Origin: Candidatus Methanoperedenaceae archaeon
GTDB lineage: Archaea; Halobacteriota; Methanosarcinia; Methanosarcinales; Methanoperedenaceae
DNA: 64,000 nt
Direction of reading: 5' to 3'
Assembly (NCBI GenBank): GCA_963753595.1
Contig: CAVWCX010000006.1
Span: forward strand, 30,937-94,936
Position 1 is the first letter of the stretch. Every line of letters starts with the position of its first letter. Of the stretch, positions 21,536 through 31,107 are shown in pieces. The notes beneath the pieces were generated by a model, which was given only the letters and a program-made list of their open reading frames with translations, did no database searches and had not been told where the DNA came from. The position numbers and the translations under genes were made by a program.

Positions 21536-21922
21536 ATGAAACGTGAATCAGGTATGAAGGTCAAAATACTGATTGTAGATGATGAGAAAAGTATAGTCAG
21601 CGCCTTGAAGATGTCCCTTGAATCAGATGACTGCGAAGTTATCGAAGCGTATACTGGTGACGGGGCCATCCGAAAAGCACACAGCGAAGCTCCTGATTTG
21701 ATCTTATTAGATATCATGCTTCCGGACTTGACTGGTTATGAGATATGTAACATGATCAAAAAAGACCCATTGACCAGATCGATCCCGATCATTATGCTGA
21801 CAGGATTGGGTGAGACAGGTAGAATCGCAGGCATGGAATTAGGGGCAGATGAATATATTACAAAGCCATTTGACCTGAATGAACTTAAAGTGAAAATTCG
21901 TACCCTGCTGCTACTAACATGA
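21536..21922 (+). CDS. Stand-alone response regulator receiver protein
   Basis: ILIVDDE, LLDIMLP, MLT, KPF motifs; no output domain. Confidence 0.9.
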   Translation: MKRESGMKVKILIVDDEKSIVSALKMSLESDDCEVIEAYTGDGAIRKAHSEAPDLILLDIMLPDLTGYEICNMIKKDPLTRSIPIIMLTGLGETGRIAGMELGADEYITKPFDLNELKVKIRTLLLLT

Positions 21923-21967
21923 GCGGAAGGGAGCATTATACGCTAAATGACCTTAAATCGGAAATTC

Positions 21968-23641
21968 TTATCCTGCTGCGGAATATTTTTCCCCATCGAT
22001 AGGCAGTAAGAAGCTGAATGTGCTGCCTTTGCCGTATTTGCTTTTGACCGTGATCTTCCCCCCGTGCATCTCAACAAGCTGCTTTGTGATCGCAAGTCCA
22101 AGACCTGTACCCTCATATTTTCTGGATATTCCCGAATCAAGCTGCTCAAACTTCTGGAAGAGTCTTGGTAATTCCTTTTCCTTAATTCCAATACCAGTAT
22201 CAGAGACTGATATTCTTACCATGTCGCCTTCTCTTTTTGCTGACACGGAAACGATCCCTCCCTCTTGCTTGCTGAATTTTATCGCGTTGCTCAACAGGTT
22301 GAAAATTATCTGCTTTAGTGCCCGCCTGTCAGCCTTTATAGACTTCAATTCAGGGTCGAATTCTTTTTTCAGGATTATATTATGCTCTGAAGCATTCTCT
22401 TTGATAATCTTGAGTATCTCATTTATTGTAACAGGAACAGATATTTCCTCAACAACCAGATCCAGCTTTCCTGCTTCTATTTTGGCAAGGTCAAGGATAT
22501 TATTGATAAGGTCAAGCAAGTGTTTGCTGCTTTTAAGAATATTATCAACAAATAACTTCTGTTTTTTATTCAATTCACCCTGGGTCATCCCCTCCAAAAT
22601 TATTGTATATCCTATGACAGCCGTTAGGGGGGTCCGCAGTTCATGGCTCATGATCGTCAGGAACTCTGACCTGGCTTTGTTTGCGCTGATAAGACGCTCA
22701 CTCTCAAAACGCAGTTCTTCCAATTTTTTGCGCTCTGTGATATCCTCGATAGCCAGGAGTATCATTTCGGCGCCCGCCCGATTGAGCCGGCAGGCATTTA
22801 GCAGCATCACCTTTTTTCCTATCTCAGGAAACTCCATCTCAACTTCAAAACCCTGGAACTGGCTTTTCCCGGGAATAATTTTCTCAAGTAATTCTTTCAG
22901 CTGTGGAATATTCCACAGGCCGTTCCCAAGTTCATATACCGATCTGTCCTTAGTATCTTCGACCGGGATCTTGAACATTTTATAAAAGGCAGTATTCACT
23001 TTCTGAACCCGCTGATGTGAATCGAGGATCATAAGTGGTTCTCGTATCGTATCTATGACGCTTTCGGCATATGCAAGCGCCTTCGAAACTGCTTCCCCGG
23101 TCCGCTTGCGTTCAGTAATATCGGTTATGGCTGACCGGCAATAGCTGTAATTCCCCTTTCCATCCGGCACTGACAGGCTTTCTAATTGTACATCGAACTG
23201 AACTCCCTTTTTATCCACAAGTTTGAGTTCACAGGTCTGCCTGGCACCAGTCCTGAAGACGTTCCGCAAGTGCAGATAGAACACATCCTTACTGCCCGTG
23301 AAAATAAAAAGCGAAAATGGTTTCTTGATCAAAAAGCTTCTTTCCACACCCAATTTATTTGCTGCGGTGAGATTGACTTCTATGATAAGCCCATTTTTAT
23401 CAAAAGTAAAATAACCAACAGGAGCAAAATCATACAAATCAGAAAACCTGTTACGCGACTCTTCAAGTTCCCTCTGTGCCGTGCGAAGTTCTTCATTTTG
23501 CATTTCCAGTTCGATCTGGTGCACCTGCAGTTCCTGGATCAAACTCCGGGCATCTTTGATAGACAGCCCCTGCAGATCCTCAGTTTTTCCCCGTAGTAAA
23601 TCCTCTGCACGTTTTCGCAGATCAGATACTTTTTTTGACAT
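21968..23641 (-). CDS. PAS-domain sensor histidine kinase
   Basis: N-terminal coiled coil [16 protein letters not shown], two PAS domains, [29 protein letters not shown]. Confidence 0.92.
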   Translation of the reverse strand: MSKKVSDLRKRAEDLLRGKTEDLQGLSIKDARSLIQELQVHQIELEMQNEELRTAQRELEESRNRFSDLYDFAPVGYFTFDKNGLIIEVNLTAANKLGVERSFLIKKPFSLFIFTGSKDVFYLHLRNVFRTGARQTCELKLVDKKGVQFDVQLESLSVPDGKGNYSYCRSAITDITERKRTGEAVSKALAYAESVIDTIREPLMILDSHQRVQKVNTAFYKMFKIPVEDTKDRSVYELGNGLWNIPQLKELLEKIIPGKSQFQGFEVEMEFPEIGKKVMLLNACRLNRAGAEMILLAIEDITERKKLEELRFESERLISANKARSEFLTIMSHELRTPLTAVIGYTIILEGMTQGELNKKQKLFVDNILKSSKHLLDLINNILDLAKIEAGKLDLVVEEISVPVTINEILKIIKENASEHNIILKKEFDPELKSIKADRRALKQIIFNLLSNAIKFSKQEGGIVSVSAKREGDMVRISVSDTGIGIKEKELPRLFQKFEQLDSGISRKYEGTGLGLAITKQLVEMHGGKITVKSKYGKGSTFSFLLPIDGEKYSAAG

Positions 23642-23667
23642 ATTTTTCTGTCCCCGTGATCTTGAGA

Positions 23668-26595
23668 TTATCCTTTCCCTGCCCGCTCTGTGATGTCTTC
23701 AATGGCAAGAAGGATCATCTCTTTGCCTCTCCCCCCCTGATAGATCCGGCGGGCATTGAGCATCATTCTCTTGTAGCCGAGGCGCAGGAACTCGTAATCA
23801 ACCTCGAAATCATTGAAAATGGTGTCCCTGGGTATGATCTCCTCCAGGAACTCTCGCAACTTTGGAATATCCCATTGATGATTGCCTATTTCGTATATGA
23901 ATTTGTTTTCAGTATCTTCCCTGGAAACCTGGAAAGTCTTATAGAAAGACTGGTTCGCCGATAATACCCGAAGGTCCTTGTCCAATATTATAAGCGATTC
24001 CCGCACTGTATTCACGACGCCATCAGCATATATCCTGGCATCTCGTTCCATTTGCTCAATTTGCTTTCTCTGCGTAATATCAATAAATGTAATGACTGCA
24101 CCATCGATGATATTCTCTGTAGTTCGATAGGGCAATATCCGCATTAAATACCATTGATTTTTATTATTCTTAATTTCTTTTTCCTGGAAAACCAGGGTGT
24201 CGAGTACTATATTAACATCTGTAACCAGATTTTCATATTCCAGATTAGACACTATGTCACTTACAGGGCGTCCGATATCTGTTTTAATAAGGTTGATTAT
24301 TTTAGTGACCGCAGGAGTAAAACCTTTGATATGAAGGTCATTATCCAGGAATATAGTGGCAATTTCTGTGCTGGATAGCAAGTTGTTCATATCGTTAATG
24401 GCCCTGGAAAACTCTTCTATTTTGGCCTGATGTTCAGCATTAAGCGTCATCAGTTCCTCATTGATGGATTGCAGTTCCTCCTTTGAGGCTTCCAGTTCTT
24501 CATTGGCGCTCTGCAATTCCTCGTTGGAAGACTGCATTTCCTCGTTAGTTGTTTTGAGTTCTTCATTGGAGGTTTCAAGTTCCTCTATCGTCGCCTGGAG
24601 ATTTTCTTTAGTGGACTTTAATTCCTTTTCCAGTTCAAAAGCACGTTCATTAATATGTTTTGAAGTATATGTTTTTTTGACTGGCCTTGAAGATTTAAGA
24701 GACTGGACATCCTCAAAAATGACCATCATCAGTCCTTTCATAGCTTCGGGTTTTACAATGGGTTTGACGACCAGGTTAATTGTCTGGACGTCTCCATTGG
24801 TCTTTACATACAAATCCTTAAAGAGAATGTCCTTTTTATGGGTGATGACTTTACGAATGGCTGCTTTCAATTCAAGTTTCAGGCCCTCGCGCGCCATTTC
24901 CAGGATGTTTAAACTGGCTCTTCCCGGAGCTGGTTCCAGGTATTTGCCAGTTTTACCATGGATATAGAGAATATCCCCTTTTTCATTGATTATTACACAT
25001 GAAGGGACATAGCTCTCAAGGAGTATCTTTTCAGTAAGTTCACCGATTCCCCTGGGTTTCAGGTCAAAGATTTTTATTTCATTGATTTCACGTGGCGCAA
25101 TATGAATAAAATCCTCCATCAATGGTATAGTTGCCCCTCCCTTGCGTTTAAAAAATTTCCATTTTCTATCCAGGATGGAAAATATGTCTGTAAGTTCACC
25201 TATAGTTTCGGAATTCCCAAGAAAAAGAATCCCGCCCGGATTTAAGGAGTAATAGAAAAGGTGCAATAGTTTTTTCTGCAACTCAGGGCCCATGTAGATC
25301 AAAAGATTCCTGCAACTGACCATATCGACCTTAGAGAAGGGTGGATCTTTGATGATATTTTGATGAGAAAATATTACCATTTCCCTGATTTCCTTTTTGA
25401 TACTATAAGTATCAGGATTTTTTGTAAAAAACCGCTGTAAGCGTTCATGGGATACATCAACTGCAATACTATCGGGATAAACGCCTGCACGGGCAGTTTC
25501 AATAGCTGTCTTATCTACATCCGTGGCAAAGACCTGGACTTTGAGATCCCTTTTTGTCTCATCCATATACTCCTTGCAGACCATAGCGATAGAATAGGCT
25601 TCTTCACCCGTGGAACAGGCCGGAACCCAGATCCGTACCGCATTCTTATTTTTAAAAAGGTCGGATATTTCTTTCTTGAGGACTAGAAAGGCCTGGGGGT
25701 CTCTGAAAAAATTGGTAACCCCGATCAAAAGATCTTTGTAAAGCGTTTCTATTTCCTGCGGGTTTTCCCTGAGATAACGGACATAATCAGATATATTATC
25801 AATCTGGTGTATATTAATCCTTCTTTCTATCCTTCGAACGATGGTACTTTGCTTGTAAAGGGAGAAATCGTGCCCTGTCTGGTCTCTTATCAGGATGATT
25901 ATTTTTTGTTGTGAATTAGTAGTGTCGATTACGTTATCGGTTTTTCTTACGCCTTTAATGGAAAATTGTTTTACATATTTAAGAAGCTGCTGCGGCATTT
26001 TTTCAGGAGGCAGAATATAGTCAGCAAGTCCGGTAGCAATTGCACTTCCCGGCATGCCGTCATATGCTGCAGATTTTACATCCTGGACCATGACCATACC
26101 TTCTTCCCCCTTGACAGCTTTCAAGCCCAGGGTTCCTTCAGTCCCCGTTCCTGATAGGATTATACAGATAGCGTTTTCTCTTTTGTCATCGGCCAAAGAC
26201 CGGAAAAAGAAATCTATTGGATGCCTTATCCCCTTGCGCACCACAGGTTCCAGTAAATGAAGCATCACGTTAAGTATTGCCATATCTTTATTGGGCGGTA
26301 TGATATAGATACGGTTTGGCTCTACCTTCATCCCTTCTTCAACCTGGAACACCTCCATCTTTGTATATTTTTTTAATATTTCAGCCATGAGGCTCTTGGA
26401 AGCAGGGTCAAAGTGCATTATAATGACAAAAGCAATTCCGCTATCGTACGGCATATTAGAAAAAAATTTCTCCAAAGCTTCAAGCCCACCCGCAGAGGCG
26501 CCTATACCTACAACAGGGATGTCATCAACCTGGCTGTGAGATTTTACAGGCACGGAATTTTTGCCTGTTCTGGATTTTTTATCTTTTTTTATCAT
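23668..26595 (-). CDS. CheB-CheR fusion methylesterase/methyltransferase with coiled coil and PAS domains
   Basis: [12 protein letters not shown] (CheB); [16 protein letters not shown] and SCRNLLIY (CheR); heptad run [24 protein letters not shown]; C-terminal PAS domains. Confidence 0.92.
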   Translation of the reverse strand: MIKKDKKSRTGKNSVPVKSHSQVDDIPVVGIGASAGGLEALEKFFSNMPYDSGIAFVIIMHFDPASKSLMAEILKKYTKMEVFQVEEGMKVEPNRIYIIPPNKDMAILNVMLHLLEPVVRKGIRHPIDFFFRSLADDKRENAICIILSGTGTEGTLGLKAVKGEEGMVMVQDVKSAAYDGMPGSAIATGLADYILPPEKMPQQLLKYVKQFSIKGVRKTDNVIDTTNSQQKIIILIRDQTGHDFSLYKQSTIVRRIERRINIHQIDNISDYVRYLRENPQEIETLYKDLLIGVTNFFRDPQAFLVLKKEISDLFKNKNAVRIWVPACSTGEEAYSIAMVCKEYMDETKRDLKVQVFATDVDKTAIETARAGVYPDSIAVDVSHERLQRFFTKNPDTYSIKKEIREMVIFSHQNIIKDPPFSKVDMVSCRNLLIYMGPELQKKLLHLFYYSLNPGGILFLGNSETIGELTDIFSILDRKWKFFKRKGGATIPLMEDFIHIAPREINEIKIFDLKPRGIGELTEKILLESYVPSCVIINEKGDILYIHGKTGKYLEPAPGRASLNILEMAREGLKLELKAAIRKVITHKKDILFKDLYVKTNGDVQTINLVVKPIVKPEAMKGLMMVIFEDVQSLKSSRPVKKTYTSKHINERAFELEKELKSTKENLQATIEELETSNEELKTTNEEMQSSNEELQSANEELEASKEELQSINEELMTLNAEHQAKIEEFSRAINDMNNLLSSTEIATIFLDNDLHIKGFTPAVTKIINLIKTDIGRPVSDIVSNLEYENLVTDVNIVLDTLVFQEKEIKNNKNQWYLMRILPYRTTENIIDGAVITFIDITQRKQIEQMERDARIYADGVVNTVRESLIILDKDLRVLSANQSFYKTFQVSREDTENKFIYEIGNHQWDIPKLREFLEEIIPRDTIFNDFEVDYEFLRLGYKRMMLNARRIYQGGRGKEMILLAIEDITERAGKG

Positions 26596-27044
26596 GTTAA
26601 TAGAATTGTTATAACCGAAAATTTTTGCACTCTTCCTCTAATAATACTGTTTTGTATTTAAAAAATCCGCCGAAATGTATTATATCAACGTTCATTTCTT
26701 TAATCAGGATTGTCTTAGCAACTATATTTTACTATCGTTTAGAAGTGGATAATCGATTAGATGGTTTTAAATACTAATGAATTATGTAGTATATTGTTTG
26801 CCAGCGGTGAACCAAAGGAGTGAGGAACTTATCGTGCCTGCCCTCTGCATCGCCTCCTGTACAGAAAATCCGATGCCTGGGGAAGGCACATTTCCTAAAT
26901 TTATATTTCGAAAACAGCAGGAAAAGAAGATGGATAGTATCAAGGCAGGAAATATCGGGACAGAAAATGAAGTGTCAATGTATGACCAAAAATCCGGGCT
27001 TTCTTCTTTTGGACTGAATTTTGAAACCGGATCGTGATGTAAAT

Positions 27045-27218
27045 ATGCCTGAGGCAAATGAAAGTGGAAATGACTTTAATAATGGTTTGCTCGCATCCAG
27101 GGAGGAAAGAGCTGCACTTCTCAAAAACGGCCTCACAGGTAAAGATATAGAATCACAGTACCTCAAGATCAATAACATCCGTGTTATTGGTGTAAACTGG
27201 CAGGACTTAAAACCGTAA
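27045..27218 (+). CDS. Small hypothetical protein
   Basis: 57-aa ORF from ATG 27045 (MPEANESGNDF...WQDLKP); no motif recognised. Confidence 0.4.
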   Translation: MPEANESGNDFNNGLLASREERAALLKNGLTGKDIESQYLKINNIRVIGVNWQDLKP

Positions 27219-27226
27219 TAACCTTC

Positions 27227-27808
27227 TTAATCCATATCGGTAGTCCGTTTTAATCTCATTTTTATTCTTGCCTCTAATTCCCTCGGGTCAAAAGGTTTTA
27301 CCATATAATCATCTATGCCAAAACCTATTGCTTTAAGCTTATCATCTACAGTGCCCTTGGCAGACAAAATTATTATTGGCAAATTCTTTGTAGAATCATG
27401 TTCTTTTAATTCTTTGCAGACCATGTAGCCATCCATTTCAGGCATCATTATATCAAGGATCAGAATGTCAGGTGATCTGGCAAAGACCATCCCCAGGGCT
27501 TCTTTTCCATTTGCGGCTTCTAAGATCTCGTATTGAGCATCTAAAGAATATCGGATAATGTTAATAACATTTTTATCATCATCCGCAATGAGTATTTTGA
27601 TTTTCTCTTCAACTATTTCCCCTTCAGGTCTTAAAAACCAGATTTTTGTAGTGCCTATCTCTTCGCCATCAACCAGGTTTTTTTCTTTCATACCATCCAG
27701 GTATTTCAGGGCTGTTGCCTTGCTCATATTTACCCTGGCGACTATCTCGGTGGTTGTCAATTTTCCGTTTTTCAGTACTTTAAGCAATTCTTTTTCTCGC
27801 CAATGCAT
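27227..27808 (-). CDS. Response regulator with N-terminal winged HTH and C-terminal receiver domain
   Basis: LTTTEIVARVNMSKATALKYLDGM (wHTH), then ILIADDD...ILDIMMP...LSAK...KPF. Confidence 0.85.
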   Translation of the reverse strand: MHWREKELLKVLKNGKLTTTEIVARVNMSKATALKYLDGMKEKNLVDGEEIGTTKIWFLRPEGEIVEEKIKILIADDDKNVINIIRYSLDAQYEILEAANGKEALGMVFARSPDILILDIMMPEMDGYMVCKELKEHDSTKNLPIIILSAKGTVDDKLKAIGFGIDDYMVKPFDPRELEARIKMRLKRTTDMD

Positions 27809-27996
27809 ATTTCACCGTTTATGTTTGTTTAAATTTTAATGAACATATATTGTTTTATGACTATTAATCTTTGTGTGCGCAAGTAAGAATGATTTAAGAT
27901 GATGTGGCAAAAAACAGGGAGTAATGTAAAGAAAAAAAGACTAAATAAGATGTTTGGGATTTTGTTGACAAAAAAATAAAAACAGGATAAATTTAT

Positions 27997-28333
27997 CTAA
28001 TTACCCCTTTTCTTCTTGAACATTACCAGGTAAGCTATTGCCATTGTGGTCATAATTGGCAGTGCTATTGTTGGAAATTCAGGGATTTCGTCAAGTTTTG
28101 AAGTTGGTAGATTGCCGACATCTATTTACCTTGGTTTGCTCCGGTTGATCGGAATAGTGGCTGCCGGTTGAAATTGGCTGGTTGCCGAAATCTATATCAG
28201 TTATTACCAGGTTGCTGTCATTGATTTGCACTTTATAGGTTGCCGAGCCATTTGGAGAAAAGCCTGGTGCAGTCTGTATCCATCCGGATTGCATAATTTC
28301 CCGGACTGTGTAATTACCATCTGCCCACTTATA
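27997..28333 (-). pseudogene. 3' remnant of a surface protein gene: SdrD B-like/prealbumin-fold repeat plus PEF-CTERM sorting signal, frameshifted
   Basis: Frame A reads DGNYTVREIMQSGWIQTAP...IDFGNQP; after a shift near 28125, frame B reads DEIPEFPTIALPIMTTMAIAYLVMFKKKRGN* (PEF + TM + basic tail). No 5' part. Confidence 0.7.
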
Positions 28334-28440
28334 TGATTATATTATCCAATACTATAATCAAGAACATGCGAAAGCTTTATACACCATGCTTTTCATGATT
28401 ATAATCATGTCAATATACTATTCAATTAAAGCAATGGTCC

Positions 28441-28605
28441 ATTGATAATGGAGATGATCAATTCTATATGTATGCTTCTGTCATCCAGACTTTCTTTTCC
28501 GGTATCATTGCAGGTCAGATGATGGGTGAAAGCATCTTTGATGGATTGTTACATTCAGTTATTATGGTGACAATAGCCTATGTCTTTTTTGTGGGGTTCC
28601 TATAA
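28441..28605 (+). pseudogene. 3' remnant of type II/IV secretion system F-family (TadC/FlaJ-like) membrane platform gene
   Basis: Translation MYASVIQTFFSGIIAGQMMGESIFDGLLHSVIMVTIAYVFFVGFL* resembles the C-terminal hairpin of archaeal TadC; in-frame stops upstream; directly precedes a pilin-like gene. Confidence 0.6.
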
Positions 28606-28607
28606 TT

Positions 28608-30422
28608 ATGACTGATGGACTATTAAAGTCTGAAAAGGGTATCTCAGAAATCGTTGGCACGATGTTGATATTGGGAGTTTTTGTATTAATGTTGACGTTA
28701 ATACAGGCACGTGAAGTGCCAGAATGGAATAAGGCTGTTGAAATGGAACACAACGCAGTTGTTTATGAAGACTTCCTGGAAATGAAAACGCACATTGAAG
28801 ACATACCTGTTGTTCGGCTGCCAAGATCAGGCATTATCCATATGGGGGTTCATTATCCAAACAGGCCGATATTACTCAACCCGGCTGATACCTCAGGCAC
28901 CCTTAACATGAAAAATGACACATGGATAAGAGTAGATTATACTCCTTTTAATAGTACGCCAACATCTCTGAATATATCATCCGCAAGCATTACATACAAA
29001 CCAAACTATAATTTTTTCATAAATGCACCGCTGCTTGTTTATGAACATGGGCTGGTCATTAAGGATATAAATAATTATCTTTATACTGATACTGATCAGG
29101 CGATTTTTGGGACAGATATCTTAAATATATTGACCCTTGATTTTGCCGAAATATCCGAATCCTCTTCCGGCATAAAAGTCCTTAATTTTATTCCAGAATC
29201 AGTAGACAGCACCACAAACAATACGAATGTATCAGTTACTTTCTATACAAATTATCCTGAATTATGGGATGTACTCTTAAGATATCACAATTTCATTCCT
29301 CAATATTCTGGAAATAATGTAATAACTATCGAATATTCAGGGAATATCACGATAAATGCTTACAGGATCAATGGTTCGTTACTTTCCGGAGTAGGAGTTA
29401 CCAGAACACCCGCTCCAACACCAACATCCAGTCCAACCCCTACTCCAACACCGACACCTACCCCGACACCCACTCCGCCCTCACATAATTACACATATGT
29501 TACAAGTAACATTGCAACAAATGGGACAATTTCCAACTTTGTGAATATGAAGGACAATGCCACAGGCGCTTATGCTAACCTGGCAGAAGATGTTAATACT
29601 GTTTCAGGAACGATTTACAGGTGGGGATTTAATTCGACCTATGAGTCGTGGACTCCGACATGGGCTGGAAGTGGTGGGACAGTTACCACCACAGCCGGCT
29701 GGAAAGACGATGGTGACCCGGCAGGTGGCATTTATTCTCGTATATTTACATACTCAAATTATATACAAAGAACTTCAACATGGACATCTCCGGCTTTTAC
29801 CTGGAATGGCGGCATACCTTCATCAGCAAGTCTTGATTTTGACTGGAGGGTCCGAACTTACTCTACAGCCAGTCCTGGAAGTTATTATGTTAACCTGGTC
29901 AAGCCAGATGATTCTATTGTTCAGATATATCCGGCAACTTCTTTCAGTTCAACCAGTGATTGGTCTCATAAATCAAACAATTCATTAACACCAGGCGACT
30001 TTTCGCAACCAGGAAATTATCAAATCCAATTGGTCGCTGTATTGAACACAGGGTACGGTGGATCCAAGACTGTTGAGGTAAGATGGGACAATCCAAATAT
30101 CACACTTGACACAACTACTTATAACCTGGATATCACCACAAATACTACAAGTGTCCCGGTGGATACGAATTATTATCTTGAAATAAACTACAGCCATGAT
30201 GCAAACGAGACTGGCTATGTTGTTTTCGTTTACAATGGCACTGCATGGAACCTTAAAGGAACCCTGGCTTCAACAACATGGAGCCTTGCTAATTTCACAC
30301 TCAGCAGCTCTGAAGTAATAAACGGGAATGTTAATGTGCGATATATTGACCAGACTCCTTCAGGAACAAACCAGGGCAACCTCTATATCGATTACCAGCG
30401 CATCCATGGAGTTACGATCTAA
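28608..30422 (+). CDS. Large pilin-like / adhesin protein with class III signal peptide, Pro-Thr linker and beta-rich C-terminal domain
   Basis: KSEKG|ISEIVGTMLILGVFVLMLTLIQ prepilin-type leader, VPEWNKAVE motif, (PT)n linker, many NxT/S sequons. Confidence 0.75.
   Translation: MTDGLLKSEKGISEIVGTMLILGVFVLMLTLIQAREVPEWNKAVEMEHNAVVYEDFLEMKTHIEDIPVVRLPRSGIIHMGVHYPNRPILLNPADTSGTLNMKNDTWIRVDYTPFNSTPTSLNISSASITYKPNYNFFINAPLLVYEHGLVIKDINNYLYTDTDQAIFGTDILNILTLDFAEISESSSGIKVLNFIPESVDSTTNNTNVSVTFYTNYPELWDVLLRYHNFIPQYSGNNVITIEYSGNITINAYRINGSLLSGVGVTRTPAPTPTSSPTPTPTPTPTPTPTPPSHNYTYVTSNIATNGTISNFVNMKDNATGAYANLAEDVNTVSGTIYRWGFNSTYESWTPTWAGSGGTVTTTAGWKDDGDPAGGIYSRIFTYSNYIQRTSTWTSPAFTWNGGIPSSASLDFDWRVRTYSTASPGSYYVNLVKPDDSIVQIYPATSFSSTSDWSHKSNNSLTPGDFSQPGNYQIQLVAVLNTGYGGSKTVEVRWDNPNITLDTTTYNLDITTNTTSVPVDTNYYLEINYSHDANETGYVVFVYNGTAWNLKGTLASTTWSLANFTLSSSEVINGNVNVRYIDQTPSGTNQGNLYIDYQRIHGVTI
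29405..29480 (+). repeat. Intragenic Pro-Thr dipeptide repeat (linker)
   Basis: Encodes TPAPTPTSSPTPTPTPTPTPTPTPP with varied synonymous codons. Confidence 0.85.
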
Positions 30423-30442
30423 CTTCAAAAAATGGTAAAAGG

Positions 30443-30760
30443 CTAAGCCTTCAACATGATAAGCAGCATTTTGAACTTCTGTTCGGCTTTTACAGCATGC
30501 GGTACATTTGCCGGCATTATTATCAACTGTCCTTCTTTCATATCGTGATGTTCTCCCCCGATAATAAAATGTCCTTCTCCTTCAATAACCTGGACCACAG
30601 CATCAAATGGCGCAGAATGCTCGCTTAATCCCTGTCCTGCATCAAAAGCAAATAATGTTATTGTGCCTGCTGGATTCTGTTTCAGGGTCTTGCTGACGAC
30701 TGAGTCCTGGCTATATTCGATATGTTCTTTTAGAATGATTGGTAAAGACATAGGATCCAC
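30443..30760 (-). CDS. Cupin-domain protein
   Basis: LFAFDAGQGLSEHSAPFDA...EGEG...MPANVPHAV. Confidence 0.88.
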   Translation of the reverse strand: MDPMSLPIILKEHIEYSQDSVVSKTLKQNPAGTITLFAFDAGQGLSEHSAPFDAVVQVIEGEGHFIIGGEHHDMKEGQLIIMPANVPHAVKAEQKFKMLLIMLKA

Positions 30761-31107
30761 ACATTAAAGTCGTATTCAATACTAGAAATAATCTTTGATG
30801 AGGAAATTCCCTGAAATTGTGTCAGGTGGTATTATAAACTATATGCTTTTACCGCTAATGCTTTATTAATTATAGTCAATAGATTTATACATTATAGGGT
30901 ATTATCAGGATACTGCCCTTACAGAGGTAAATACGCAAAAAGAGGTAATACGAATGGTTGAAAAAGTTAATAATTACAGAACCGGGAATATCAAAAAATC
31001 GGGAAAAGGATATGTATCGACACAAGAATCTATATCAGGACAGAAAAGTTACTTTTGTAATAATAGATTTATACAGGATATAACAATAAAAGTATAGGAG
31101 GAGAATT

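Noticed and set aside
22020-22985. 321-aa antisense ORF over the histidine kinase
   Set aside because: Codon-register mirror of the kinase gene; Ser/Phe/Ile-rich composition typical of antisense frames.
24460-24620. 21-nt periodicity within the cheBR gene
   Set aside because: Explained by the protein heptad repeat (NEELQS) common to CheBR fusions, not a DNA-level element.
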